DNA of 64,000 nucleotides from contig CAJWLU010000013.1 of the NCBI GenBank assembly GCA_913043225.1, positions 1-64,000 on the forward strand, written 5' to 3'. The notes below the pieces were generated by a model that saw only the letters and a list, made by a program, of their open reading frames with translations, ran no database searches and was not told where the DNA came from. The DNA comes from an uncultured Acidobacteriota bacterium. GTDB lineage: Bacteria; Acidobacteriota; Vicinamibacteria; Vicinamibacterales; UBA8438. Below are positions 9,159 to 18,281 of this stretch, piece by piece. Position 1 is the stretch's first letter; every line of letters starts with the position of its first letter. The translations under genes and the position numbers were made by a program.

Positions 9159-10118
9159 GTGGGCAGGTATGTGGTGACCGGCGGAGCCGGCTTTATCGGG
9201 GGCCGGATCGCCGAACGGCTGGTGGCACGTGGGGACGAAGTGGTCGTCCTCGACGATCTGTCCACCTCGTCGGAGCGGACGGCGCCCGAAGGCGCGACGC
9301 TCGTTGTCGCCGACCTGTCTGACGAGCGGACCTACGCCGAAGGGTTGAAGGGGGCGTTCGATGCGGTGCTCCATCTGGGAGCACAGTCGTCTGGGGAGAT
9401 CTCGCACCTGAACCCGGCGCGCGACTTCGACGTCAACGCCAGAGGTACGCTGCTGCTCCTGCGGTGGGCAGAGGCTAGCGGAGTGAGTAGGTTCCTGCAT
9501 GCGAGCTCGATGGCCGTGTATGGATCCGTCGAGGGGCCGGTGCTCGAGACTGCGCCAACCAAGCCGGGTTCCTACTACGGCGTATCCAAAGTTGCCGGCG
9601 AGGCGGCCGTACGGTTTTTTGCCGGTCGTGGTCTGCAGACGACCACGTTCCGGATGTTCAACGTCTACGGTCCTGGACAGAACCTGGCCAATCTCAGACA
9701 GGGCATGGTCAGCATCTACCTGGCGTATCTCCTGAGGGGCGAGCCGGTGGTCGTCAAGGGCGCGCTAGACCGTTACCGGGACTTCGTGCACGTGGACGAT
9801 GTGGCAACAGCCTGGCTCGCGGCGCTCGACGCCAAGGGGGCTGCCGACCGGCTCTACAATCTGGGCACCGGCCGAAAGACCACCGTTGCGGAGCTACTGG
9901 ATCAATTGGGCCAGGCGTTCGGATATCCGGCCGCCGCTTGTCCGATGACTGCCGCCGACGGCACACCGGGTGACATGCATGGAAGCGTGGCCGACATCAC
10001 TCGGATACGCACCCAGCTCGGATGGCGGCCCGAGGTGACGCTCGAGCGCGGCATTCCCGAGATGGTCGACTGGGCGAGGAGCGTGGCGGACGCCACGGGG
10101 AGAGAGCGAAAGGTTTGA
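9159..10118 (+). CDS. NAD-dependent nucleotide-sugar epimerase/dehydratase (extended SDR)
   Basis: Strong SD GGAGGAGG; VTGGAGFIG, SSMAVYG, YGVSK, FNVYGPGQ and RDFVHVDD. Confidence 0.93.
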   Translation: MGRYVVTGGAGFIGGRIAERLVARGDEVVVLDDLSTSSERTAPEGATLVVADLSDERTYAEGLKGAFDAVLHLGAQSSGEISHLNPARDFDVNARGTLLLLRWAEASGVSRFLHASSMAVYGSVEGPVLETAPTKPGSYYGVSKVAGEAAVRFFAGRGLQTTTFRMFNVYGPGQNLANLRQGMVSIYLAYLLRGEPVVVKGALDRYRDFVHVDDVATAWLAALDAKGAADRLYNLGTGRKTTVAELLDQLGQAFGYPAAACPMTAADGTPGDMHGSVADITRIRTQLGWRPEVTLERGIPEMVDWARSVADATGRERKV

Positions 10119-10122
10119 ATCG

Positions 10123-11016
10123 ATGAGCACCGACGAGACGCCACGTTGTTATCTGTGCGGCGGCATCGACCATGAGGTCGTCGCTCGCGAGTTTCGCTAC
10201 CCGATCGAGAAAACCGGGTATCGCTGCAGTACCTGTTCGCTGGTCTTCATCCATCCTCCCATGAGCCCAGAGGAGGAACGGAAGTTCTACGAAGAGGAAT
10301 ACGGCATCATTTACAGCCAAGAAAAGAACACCACTCCAGCGGATCTCTTTGAGGCACGACAGGAGGACGCCGGGATGTATCAGGACTGGGTGTCTCCTTG
10401 GCTACAGCCTACCGACGACTGTGTTGAGATCGGGTGCGCGTCCGGCTACTTCCTGGCGGTGATCAAGGACCGGGTGGGATCGGTGGCCGGACTGGAGACC
10501 CACCTGGAGCTACGCCAGTACTGCGAGCAGATCGGCATCCCGATCCACGACCGTCTCGAGGAGATGCCGGAGGCCTCGGTGGACCGGTTGTTCGCTTTCT
10601 TCGTGCTGGAGCATCTGGGCGAGCCGATGGAGTTTCTGGCTCAGGCGCGACGGGTGTGCCGGCCCGGCGGCTCGATCATGATCGTGGTGCCGAACGTCGA
10701 CGACGTACTGCTCTCGACCTACAACATCCCGAAGTTCAACAACTTTTACTTCACGCCAGCCCACCAGTTTTACTACTCGAAGGACACCCTAGGCCGCTTG
10801 TTCAAGAAGGCTGGTCTACCGAAGTACGAGATTTTGCCGAAACAACGGTACGACCTGTCCAACCACATGCACTGGATGATGGCCGGACGACCCGGAGGGA
10901 TGGGGAAGTACGACGATATCTTCGGCGACCGTCTAAAGCGGGCCTACGCAGACGATCTCGTCGCACGCTTTCTCTGCGACACTCTGTTTGCCGTGGTCAC
11001 CGTCAAGGCGTCATGA
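10123..11016 (+). CDS. Class I SAM-dependent methyltransferase with Zn-ribbon
   Basis: CYLC...CSTC, EIGCASGYF, FVLEH and VVPN motifs. Confidence 0.88.
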   Translation: MSTDETPRCYLCGGIDHEVVAREFRYPIEKTGYRCSTCSLVFIHPPMSPEEERKFYEEEYGIIYSQEKNTTPADLFEARQEDAGMYQDWVSPWLQPTDDCVEIGCASGYFLAVIKDRVGSVAGLETHLELRQYCEQIGIPIHDRLEEMPEASVDRLFAFFVLEHLGEPMEFLAQARRVCRPGGSIMIVVPNVDDVLLSTYNIPKFNNFYFTPAHQFYYSKDTLGRLFKKAGLPKYEILPKQRYDLSNHMHWMMAGRPGGMGKYDDIFGDRLKRAYADDLVARFLCDTLFAVVTVKAS

Positions 11017-12026
11017 GAGCAGGCATCGTCGGGTTTGGCGGGATGGGTCAGAGGCACTATCGCGCCTACGCGGGTACTGACCTCGAGGTGGTGGCCGTCT
11101 GCGACCAGCGTTCCGGCCGGGTGCGCGAAGCGGCGCCGGAGCTGCGTCCCGATCAGATCTACGACGATGTCGGACGCATGCTTGAGCAGGAGCCGCTCGA
11201 CCTGCTGAGTGTAGTGTCTAACGGTCCGACTCACGCCGAGATCACGGTCGCGGCGCTCGAGGCGGGCGTGCCACGCGTCCTCTGCGAGAAGCCGGTGGCC
11301 ACCTCGCTTGCCGAAGCGGAGCGGGTCATCGACGCGACGCGCCGGACTGGCGGACGCGTTTCGGTGAATCACATCCGGCGGTGGAGTGGCGGCTATGCGC
11401 GACTGCTGGAGCGGCTGCGATCCGGGGAGTGGGGAGAATTGCGCCACGTGTACTTCCACTCAGGGAGTACGGGTCTGGGCAACTTCGTCATTCATGCCTT
11501 CGACTTGATGCGCTATCTCACTGGCGCCGAACCAGCGTGGGTAGCCGGAGCGCTCGATCCGACCGGGACAACCAACCCGCGCGGTGCACAGTTCAGCGAT
11601 CCCGCCGGCTACGGTCTGGTGATGTTCGACAATGGCTGCCGCGGCCTGGTGGATTCAGGCGAGGACACGGGTGTGCAGTACTTCTTCACGATGGCTACCA
11701 CTTACGCCCGCATCGTCATTGATGAGCTCAACGGCGAATGGACGGTCCGGGCGCGATCGCCTGAGGATCGGGCGGCGCCGCTGACGCGCTACGGTCTGCC
11801 GATGACGCCCGTAGATTTCGATGCGCCGTCGTGGGATATCGTCGAGTTGACGCGGGCGGCGCTGGTGGAGCTGGCCGGCGACGGTCCGATCAGCTCGACC
11901 CCGGAAGATGGGCTCGCTGCTCTCGAGATGGTGGTCGCGTTTCACGAGTCCGAGCGCCGCGGCAACGCCAGGGTCGATCTGCCGCTCACTGGCGAGGGGC
12001 GCGAACTAGTCGTGCCGATCGGATGA
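11013..12026 (+). CDS. Gfo/Idh/MocA family NAD(P)-dependent oxidoreductase
   Basis: ATGA overlap at 11013; GIVGFGGMG, VLCEKP, VNHIRR and HAFD. Confidence 0.9.
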   Translation: MRAGIVGFGGMGQRHYRAYAGTDLEVVAVCDQRSGRVREAAPELRPDQIYDDVGRMLEQEPLDLLSVVSNGPTHAEITVAALEAGVPRVLCEKPVATSLAEAERVIDATRRTGGRVSVNHIRRWSGGYARLLERLRSGEWGELRHVYFHSGSTGLGNFVIHAFDLMRYLTGAEPAWVAGALDPTGTTNPRGAQFSDPAGYGLVMFDNGCRGLVDSGEDTGVQYFFTMATTYARIVIDELNGEWTVRARSPEDRAAPLTRYGLPMTPVDFDAPSWDIVELTRAALVELAGDGPISSTPEDGLAALEMVVAFHESERRGNARVDLPLTGEGRELVVPIG

Positions 12027-12065
12027 ACGCCAAGGGAGACCCCACTGAACCTGCTTGATATCGGA

Positions 12066-13925
12066 GTGGTCTGGCCGTTCGTCGTAGCAGCGGCGCTGTC
12101 GCTGCTGTGTACGCCACTGGTTCGCGCGTTCGCCCGCGATCGCGGGATTGTGGCCGCTCCGAAGGTAGATCGCTGGCACCAGCAGCCGACGCCCTTGCTG
12201 GGCGGAGTCGGGGTGTGGCTCGCCAGCGTGGCGGCGACCCTCGTCTTCAGCGAGTCCAGCCTTGTCGTAATGGGCACCGCCTCCTGTATGTTCCTGGTTG
12301 GCGTGGTCGACGACGGCATGCGTCTCAGACCCGCCACCAAGCTGACCGCGCAGATCATCGCAGCTTCTATCTTGGTGGCGTTCGGGGTCAATGCGACCTG
12401 GACCGGGTCACTTACCTTCGACGCCATGCTCACGATCCTGTGGATCGTTGGCCTGACGAACGCCTTCAACCTGCTCGACAACATGGACGGGCTCTGCGCC
12501 GGAATTGCACTGATCGCGCTCGGTGCCTATCTGGCGGCCGGATTTGGCGCCGAACCCTCGCCATCCCTGGTCGTGGCCTCGGCGATGATGGGGGCGCTTG
12601 CCGGGTTCCTCGTGTACAACTTCAAACCTGCCTCGATCTTCCTGGGCGATAGCGGCAGCCTGTTCGTGGGCTTCACGGTCGGTGCGCTGACCGTTGGCGG
12701 TTATGTTCCCGACGTCGACTCGAACATTGTCAGCGTCATTGCGGTTCCGGTGTTGATCCTGCTGATCCCGATCTTCGACACCACCCTCGTGACGGTGTCG
12801 CGGAAACTCTCGGGGCGGTCCGCATCGCAGGGCGGAACCGACCACAGCTCCCATCGCTTGGTCGCGCTCGGTTTTTCTGAGCGCGGTGCGGTGCTCGTGC
12901 TCTACGCCCTGGCGGCCATGTCCGGATTCACCGCGTTTTTGGTCGGCCGCTACGGGTTCGACAACGTTAATTTGTTGATCGGGCTCGTCCTGGTTGTGAT
13001 GGTGCTCTTCGGGGTCCAGCTAGCTCGCGTGGGCGTCTATAAGGACGGGAACCTCGAGCTGCTGCGGAATCGGTCCTACACACCGCTTCTGATCGAGCTC
13101 ACCTACAAGCGCCGGGTGTTCGAGATCCTGCTCGATTTCGTGCTCGTGTCGATGGGGTTCTACGCCGCATACCGCTTGCGCTTCGGGCTCGGAGATCCCT
13201 TCAGCGAGCAGTTCCCCGGCTTCATCAACATGCTCCCGGTGGTGATCGGCTGCACCATGGGCAGCCTCTGGATGTTTGGCGCCTACCGTGGGGTCTGGCG
13301 GTACTTCGGACTCACCGACCTGACGGTGTTCGTGCGGGCGATCGTAGTCGGACTGGTGTTGGCGGCAGGTGTTACCGTGATGGTCGACGGCTTCAGCGTT
13401 GAGACGACCACCACTTTCATCATCACTGGGCTTGTGCTGCTCTTTTTCCTGGTGGGGGCGCGCTTGTCGGTGCGAGCTGTCGGTGAGCTCGGGCGCCGTC
13501 GTGAGGAGAAGCTGGGTCGCCCGGTGGTGATCTACGGCGCCGGCGATGCCGGCGTCATGTTGGCGAAGGAGTTGCTGAATAACCGCGATCACCAGTGTCA
13601 GCCGGTGAGTTTCCTCGACGATGATCCGGCGATGCACGGGCGCACGTTGCTCGGTTTCACCGTTCTGGGCGGGATCGAGCGGCTCGAAGAGGCCCTGAAC
13701 AGTGGCGCGGCCGGCGTAGTAATAAGTACCGATGTCGAGACCGCCCGACTTGCGACCCTCGTCCGGATCTGTAACAAACAGGGTGTGCCGCTCCATCGGA
13801 TGCAGGTACGACTGGAGCCGATGAAGGTCGCTCCCCGAGTAACACTCGGTTCCGTGCTGGATCAAGCCGAGGGCAGTACGCCTCCGACGGTGTCGCCGCC
13901 GACGACCAAGCCGCGTCTTCACTGA
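12066..13925 (+). CDS. MraY/WecA-type polyprenyl-phosphate HexNAc-1-P transferase fused to a membrane plus CoA-binding-like domain (possible CTG start at 12045)
   Basis: PTPLLGG, GVVDD, NAFNLLDNMDGL, IFLGDSGS, PIFDTT and DHSSHRL in the N-terminal half. The C-terminal half has YRGVWRY, VVIYGAGDAG and FLDDD like the N-terminal region of CapD/PglF. Confidence 0.88.
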   Translation: MVWPFVVAAALSLLCTPLVRAFARDRGIVAAPKVDRWHQQPTPLLGGVGVWLASVAATLVFSESSLVVMGTASCMFLVGVVDDGMRLRPATKLTAQIIAASILVAFGVNATWTGSLTFDAMLTILWIVGLTNAFNLLDNMDGLCAGIALIALGAYLAAGFGAEPSPSLVVASAMMGALAGFLVYNFKPASIFLGDSGSLFVGFTVGALTVGGYVPDVDSNIVSVIAVPVLILLIPIFDTTLVTVSRKLSGRSASQGGTDHSSHRLVALGFSERGAVLVLYALAAMSGFTAFLVGRYGFDNVNLLIGLVLVVMVLFGVQLARVGVYKDGNLELLRNRSYTPLLIELTYKRRVFEILLDFVLVSMGFYAAYRLRFGLGDPFSEQFPGFINMLPVVIGCTMGSLWMFGAYRGVWRYFGLTDLTVFVRAIVVGLVLAAGVTVMVDGFSVETTTTFIITGLVLLFFLVGARLSVRAVGELGRRREEKLGRPVVIYGAGDAGVMLAKELLNNRDHQCQPVSFLDDDPAMHGRTLLGFTVLGGIERLEEALNSGAAGVVISTDVETARLATLVRICNKQGVPLHRMQVRLEPMKVAPRVTLGSVLDQAEGSTPPTVSPPTTKPRLH

Positions 13926-13927
13926 CC

Positions 13928-14971
13928 ATGACTGTCTGGCTCGGACTGCGTTGGTTCTTCGGGAGCATGATCGTCGCGATCATGCTCTGGCGGGCGCTGC
14001 GTCGGCCAGGGCCGAGGCTGGGAGACGTCCTCCTTTACGGTGCGATCGGCGTCGTGTCCCTGTGGATCATCATCGATCCGTCGATTGTCGACCGGTTCCT
14101 CGAGTCAGGGGTTGGGGCGGTGCCGTTGGCCCGGCTGGTCGTGTTGCTGCTGTGCGCTCAGCTGGTCTGGTTGGTCATGGTCCTGGTGTTGCGTGAGCGA
14201 GGCCATGAGCAGGCTGCACGCTATGCCGAGTTGGTTGAGCGTACCAGCGCCGAAGTGGAGCGAGGGCGCGGTGGTGCAGACCCGGCCTTGTTCAAGCCGA
14301 TCATGGTCGTCATGCCGGCCTATCGGGAGCACGAGAACATCGCCAAGGTGCTCGAGGCTCTGCCGGGCTCCGTTGGGGGACGGCCTGTGGGTGCTGTGGT
14401 TGTCGTCGACGGGCCGGATGATCCCACTGTCGAGGTCGTGCGGCGTTTTCCCCAGGTAGTACTCCTTCGCCAGGTCGTTCGCATTGGCTCGGGGGCGGCT
14501 CTTCGCCTGGGGTATCGGTTCTGCGCCGAGCATGGCGTCGACACGGTGGTGTCAATGGATTCGGATGGTCAGCACGATCCGCACGAGCTTTCGGCGCTCC
14601 TCGCGCCGATTGCGGCGGGGACCCATGACGTGGTTGTCGGAAACCGCGCACTCGGAGGCTGGGAGGTCGAGAGCGCATGGCGCTACGTCGGTCTCCACAT
14701 CACGGGATTCCTGACGCGGACGGTGCTGGGCATGGGAGTCTGGGACTGTTCAAACACCTACCGCGCCTTCAGACTCAGCGCACTTATGACGCTCCGTTTG
14801 GAGGAGCCCCAGTACCACACGCTCGAACTGGTCTTTAAAGCGCATCGAGCCGGGCTTCGAATGACCGAGGTGCCGGTGCGTGTGCTGGCCCGCCACTCCG
14901 GGAAGAGCAAGAAGGGTGGCACGCTGTACTACGGCTACCAGTTTATGAAGCGATTCTTGCGGAACCTCTAG
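13928..14971 (+). CDS. GT2 DPM1-like polyprenol-phosphate glycosyltransferase with N-terminal membrane segment (DUF2304-like)
   Basis: Three N-terminal hydrophobic helices; VVMPAYRE, MDSDGQHDP, VVGNR and EVPV...R..GKSK. Confidence 0.82.
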   Translation: MTVWLGLRWFFGSMIVAIMLWRALRRPGPRLGDVLLYGAIGVVSLWIIIDPSIVDRFLESGVGAVPLARLVVLLLCAQLVWLVMVLVLRERGHEQAARYAELVERTSAEVERGRGGADPALFKPIMVVMPAYREHENIAKVLEALPGSVGGRPVGAVVVVDGPDDPTVEVVRRFPQVVLLRQVVRIGSGAALRLGYRFCAEHGVDTVVSMDSDGQHDPHELSALLAPIAAGTHDVVVGNRALGGWEVESAWRYVGLHITGFLTRTVLGMGVWDCSNTYRAFRLSALMTLRLEEPQYHTLELVFKAHRAGLRMTEVPVRVLARHSGKSKKGGTLYYGYQFMKRFLRNL

Positions 14972-15015
14972 CAGCCAGGATCACACGTGGTAGTCCTCAA
15001 GCATCGCGGAATACG

Positions 15016-17544
15016 GTGACACAGTTGCCCAGGCGGCGGGGATGGCTGATCGCGGGCGGCGTGGCCCTGCTCATCGCGTTCTTCTTTCAGGACTATCTGG
15101 TGAGCCGGCAGCTCCCGGTGACTTCTGCCGACCCCGCAATCATCTACCACAGCCGGACCGAGGCGGGGGAATGGCTCCGGCAGGGGGTCCTGCCCCTTTG
15201 GCGTCCGGGGGCCAATGTCGGGGTCAGCACGTTCACGACCGATGCGACGCAGACCGCATTTCATCTATCGGCTGTACTGTTCGCGGTGGTACCGGATCCG
15301 GAGGTGGCCATGATCCTGCTGGTCGCCATCCAGGTGTTGGTGTTGGTGACGGGCACCATCTGGCTGCTGGTTCGCCGCTTCGGTGTGCCCCCTGCGATCG
15401 CCTTGATGGGCGCTGCCACCTTCCTGTTCACGCCAGGCTTTCACAACGAGTTTCTGTTCAATACCTTCGGGGGCTACGGGTTTGTCCCGTTTCAGATCTG
15501 TCTCGTCGACCGGCTACGAGAGCGTCAATCATGGGCAGACGTCGTGTGGCTGGCGCTGTTGCTGGTGCTCGCGTACGCGATCTCTAACATAGCGGCGGTC
15601 CAGTTTTCCGTCGTTTTGCTCGGATGCTACCTCCTCTATCTTGAGGCGCCCCGGTGGCAGGCTCGCCAGATTCGGACGGCTCTGTCACCGGTCCTGCGAC
15701 TTGGCGCGGCGGTTGCGCTCTTTCTCGTCTTGTCGTCCTTCTACCTGGTGCCCTTCGTGACCGAGCTGGCCGTCAACCAGCGCTCGCATCTGTACGGCTT
15801 CTTCACCTCGTTGGCCCCATTGCCCTGGCTGCTCTCGTTCCATGTGCCGTTCACTTCCTGGATTTTTATCGACGAGCAGATGTTTACCACTGGGCTCCTG
15901 ACCGGCTTCGAGACGCTGAACCGCTATTCCCATCTGCTGTTTCTGCCGAGTCTGCTCCTGTTCGTAGCGCATCGGCCGTCGTTCAGCCGTGCTGAGGCCT
16001 TCTTCTTCTTCTTCGCGGCGGGTTTCGTGCTCCTGTCGATCGTCAATCGATGGATTCCGCTGCTCGACCTGGTGGTGTACCTCACCCGTGGTACCGGGTG
16101 GCACCGCGCGGTGCCGCTGTACTTCTTCAGTGCCGCCGTGTGTTTGGCGATCGTGACGACCAAACTTGTGGCGGGTGACTTTCGGGCCACTACGGGCCGG
16201 GTCGGTGCGCTCGTCCTCCGCGGCTACCGCCTGCATCGCGGGTTGCTGCTCGGCGCTTATGCAACGGCCACTTTGGCCACCATTGGATGCGTGGTCGCGG
16301 TGAAGGGACTGGAGTGGACCGGCGTATACGACCTACTGGGCTTGGTAACTGACCGACCGCAATCCCATCTGGCCTTCTATCTGGAACATCACCTGGCCTT
16401 CCCTCAAGTGCTGTACTTGCTCGTGGTGCCGACCGGGCTGACCTGCAGCCTATGGGCCTTCGAACGGTTGCGTGCTGGCGCCGGGCGGGGCGTGCTGGCA
16501 GCGCTGGTGGCGGGTGTCATCGGCAGCCAGATCGGATTGGCCCACCTCTACTACCCGTTCAACCGGGGCGTCACGGCTGTCTCCGAGCTTCCCGTTCGAC
16601 AGTGGCTGGAGAACTCGATGCCAGGCGCGCGGACGGCAATCGTGTTCAACGAGCCGACTGCCATCGAGCGGGAATTGATCGCGCGCCGTGGGTTGCCAGA
16701 CGACCTGCACAATCCGGAGCTGCACCTGCTCTCGAATCCGTTCCCCGAGTTCAGCCGTTTCCAGTCCAACATCACGATGCAGGGGAGCTTCTTCAATACG
16801 ATCGGCGCCTCGATGTACACCCGTGGCGCGAACATGACCAGTGGTCGGTTGGATCGCTTCCATCAGGCCGTACTGGAAGACAACCCATTTCTTCAGTCGG
16901 TGTGGGGGGGCGGAAAGGGGTATCTTCGCATCGGCCAGTCCGAGGTGGGTTCGGCGTTGCTCGATGTGGCTGGTGTTAACCAGCTGTTGTCGTCGTTGCC
17001 GCTCGAAGGGCCTGGGTTCCGTCTCCGGGCCCGGGGTGAGGTCTATCACCTCTACGACAATCTCGGTGCCGCGCCACGCTTCGTCTTCACCTCAGACGTA
17101 CGGGTAGTCGCGGACGGCGATGAGGCGTTCGAGGCGATCCGCGAGTCTGGATTCGACCCGCGGTCCATGGCGATTATTGAGGGCGACGGTGCTCGACCGC
17201 GAACAGGTTCTGCCCCGGGACAGGTGACAATCGTGTCGTATCAGCCGAACGAAGTGGTCGTGGACGTCGCTGCTCCGGCCGCCGGTGTGCTCGTCTACAA
17301 CGATGCATTTCACCCCGGGTGGACCGCGTTTGTGGACGAGGCGTCTCGCCCGATACTTCGCGCCAACTATCTGTTCAAAGGAGTCGCGCTAGACGCCGGT
17401 CGTCACCGAGTGACCTTCGCATATCGTCCGCCTGGGCTGAGGCTCGGCGTGTGGATGTCGGGTATCGGGATGGGACTCGCGGTCGCGATTCTCGTGCTGA
17501 GCCGCCGACGCCAGGCGGGTACGGGGGGCGGGGCGGACCGCTAG
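15016..17544 (+). CDS. YfhO-like polytopic GT-C membrane protein
   Basis: N-terminal GVLPLW.P, many TM helices, C-terminal FHPGWTAFVD...RANYLFKGVAL..GRHRVTFAYRP followed by a final TM. Confidence 0.8.
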   Translation: MTQLPRRRGWLIAGGVALLIAFFFQDYLVSRQLPVTSADPAIIYHSRTEAGEWLRQGVLPLWRPGANVGVSTFTTDATQTAFHLSAVLFAVVPDPEVAMILLVAIQVLVLVTGTIWLLVRRFGVPPAIALMGAATFLFTPGFHNEFLFNTFGGYGFVPFQICLVDRLRERQSWADVVWLALLLVLAYAISNIAAVQFSVVLLGCYLLYLEAPRWQARQIRTALSPVLRLGAAVALFLVLSSFYLVPFVTELAVNQRSHLYGFFTSLAPLPWLLSFHVPFTSWIFIDEQMFTTGLLTGFETLNRYSHLLFLPSLLLFVAHRPSFSRAEAFFFFFAAGFVLLSIVNRWIPLLDLVVYLTRGTGWHRAVPLYFFSAAVCLAIVTTKLVAGDFRATTGRVGALVLRGYRLHRGLLLGAYATATLATIGCVVAVKGLEWTGVYDLLGLVTDRPQSHLAFYLEHHLAFPQVLYLLVVPTGLTCSLWAFERLRAGAGRGVLAALVAGVIGSQIGLAHLYYPFNRGVTAVSELPVRQWLENSMPGARTAIVFNEPTAIERELIARRGLPDDLHNPELHLLSNPFPEFSRFQSNITMQGSFFNTIGASMYTRGANMTSGRLDRFHQAVLEDNPFLQSVWGGGKGYLRIGQSEVGSALLDVAGVNQLLSSLPLEGPGFRLRARGEVYHLYDNLGAAPRFVFTSDVRVVADGDEAFEAIRESGFDPRSMAIIEGDGARPRTGSAPGQVTIVSYQPNEVVVDVAAPAAGVLVYNDAFHPGWTAFVDEASRPILRANYLFKGVALDAGRHRVTFAYRPPGLRLGVWMSGIGMGLAVAILVLSRRRQAGTGGGADR

Positions 17545-17545
17545 A

Positions 17546-18127
17546 CTAGCCTTGTTCCGAACCGGGTTCGCCAAACTGCCGCGTGGGATCCACCGGCGGG
17601 CGCCGCGTTCGTATCGGGGCCGCCGGGGTGCCGGCGACGACCGTACGGGCGGCTACGTCGCTGCGCACGACGCTGTTTGGACCGACAACCGCTTCGTCGC
17701 CGATCGCGATGTTGCCCGTGATCACCGCGTTGGCAAAGACGGTCACCCTGTCGCCGACCGTTGGATAGCCGCCGGCCCGCAGCCCGAAGTTGACGTTGGT
17801 GAACAGGTGTGCGTTTTGCCCGATGTTAGTCTCTCCACCGATGACGACCCGGCCACCATTGAAGATCACGCCCAAGCCTATCTGAGCCCGGGGGCTCGCC
17901 TCGATGCCGTTGAGCACGCTATTCATCCGTCCCGCGATTCGCGACCGGTTCCGTTGACCGCGGTCGTAGTGATACTGGGTTAAACGCAACAGGACGACAG
18001 CGCTGTATCGTTGATCGAGACAGAGATAGGTGAAGCGACGGAGCCAGCCGCGAGGCGTTGGCGTGGCCCGGTTCTCGTCGAAGCTCCAGCAGGCGCTCCA
18101 GGAGCTCGGTCGGGTGGGTGAATCCAT
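17546..18127 (-). CDS. Serine O-acetyltransferase-like hexapeptide-repeat acyltransferase
   Basis: Left-handed beta-helix repeats (AQIGLG, VVIGGETNIG, YPTVGDRV, IAIGDEAVVGPNSVV, VVAGTPA). Start chosen at ATG 18127. Confidence 0.8.
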   Translation of the reverse strand: MDSPTRPSSWSACWSFDENRATPTPRGWLRRFTYLCLDQRYSAVVLLRLTQYHYDRGQRNRSRIAGRMNSVLNGIEASPRAQIGLGVIFNGGRVVIGGETNIGQNAHLFTNVNFGLRAGGYPTVGDRVTVFANAVITGNIAIGDEAVVGPNSVVRSDVAARTVVAGTPAAPIRTRRPPVDPTRQFGEPGSEQG

Positions 18128-18281
18128 ACGCGGGGACGCGTCGGCGTTTCCGCTGGACTTCACCTTCACCAGTCGACCCACACCTGATACGGCGGAGGTG
18201 GCTCGCTGGGGGCGCAGATAACGGGGCACATGGCGGACGGGATGGAACGGGCGGAAGTATATCACCCGGCCGGAGGTTTCC

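Noticed and set aside
10123..11016. Locally lower GC suggesting recent horizontal acquisition
   Set aside because: The dip (mid-50s percent over a few lines counted by hand) can be explained by Tyr/Lys/Glu/Phe-rich composition. No mobility signatures were seen and the gene is coupled to its neighbours.
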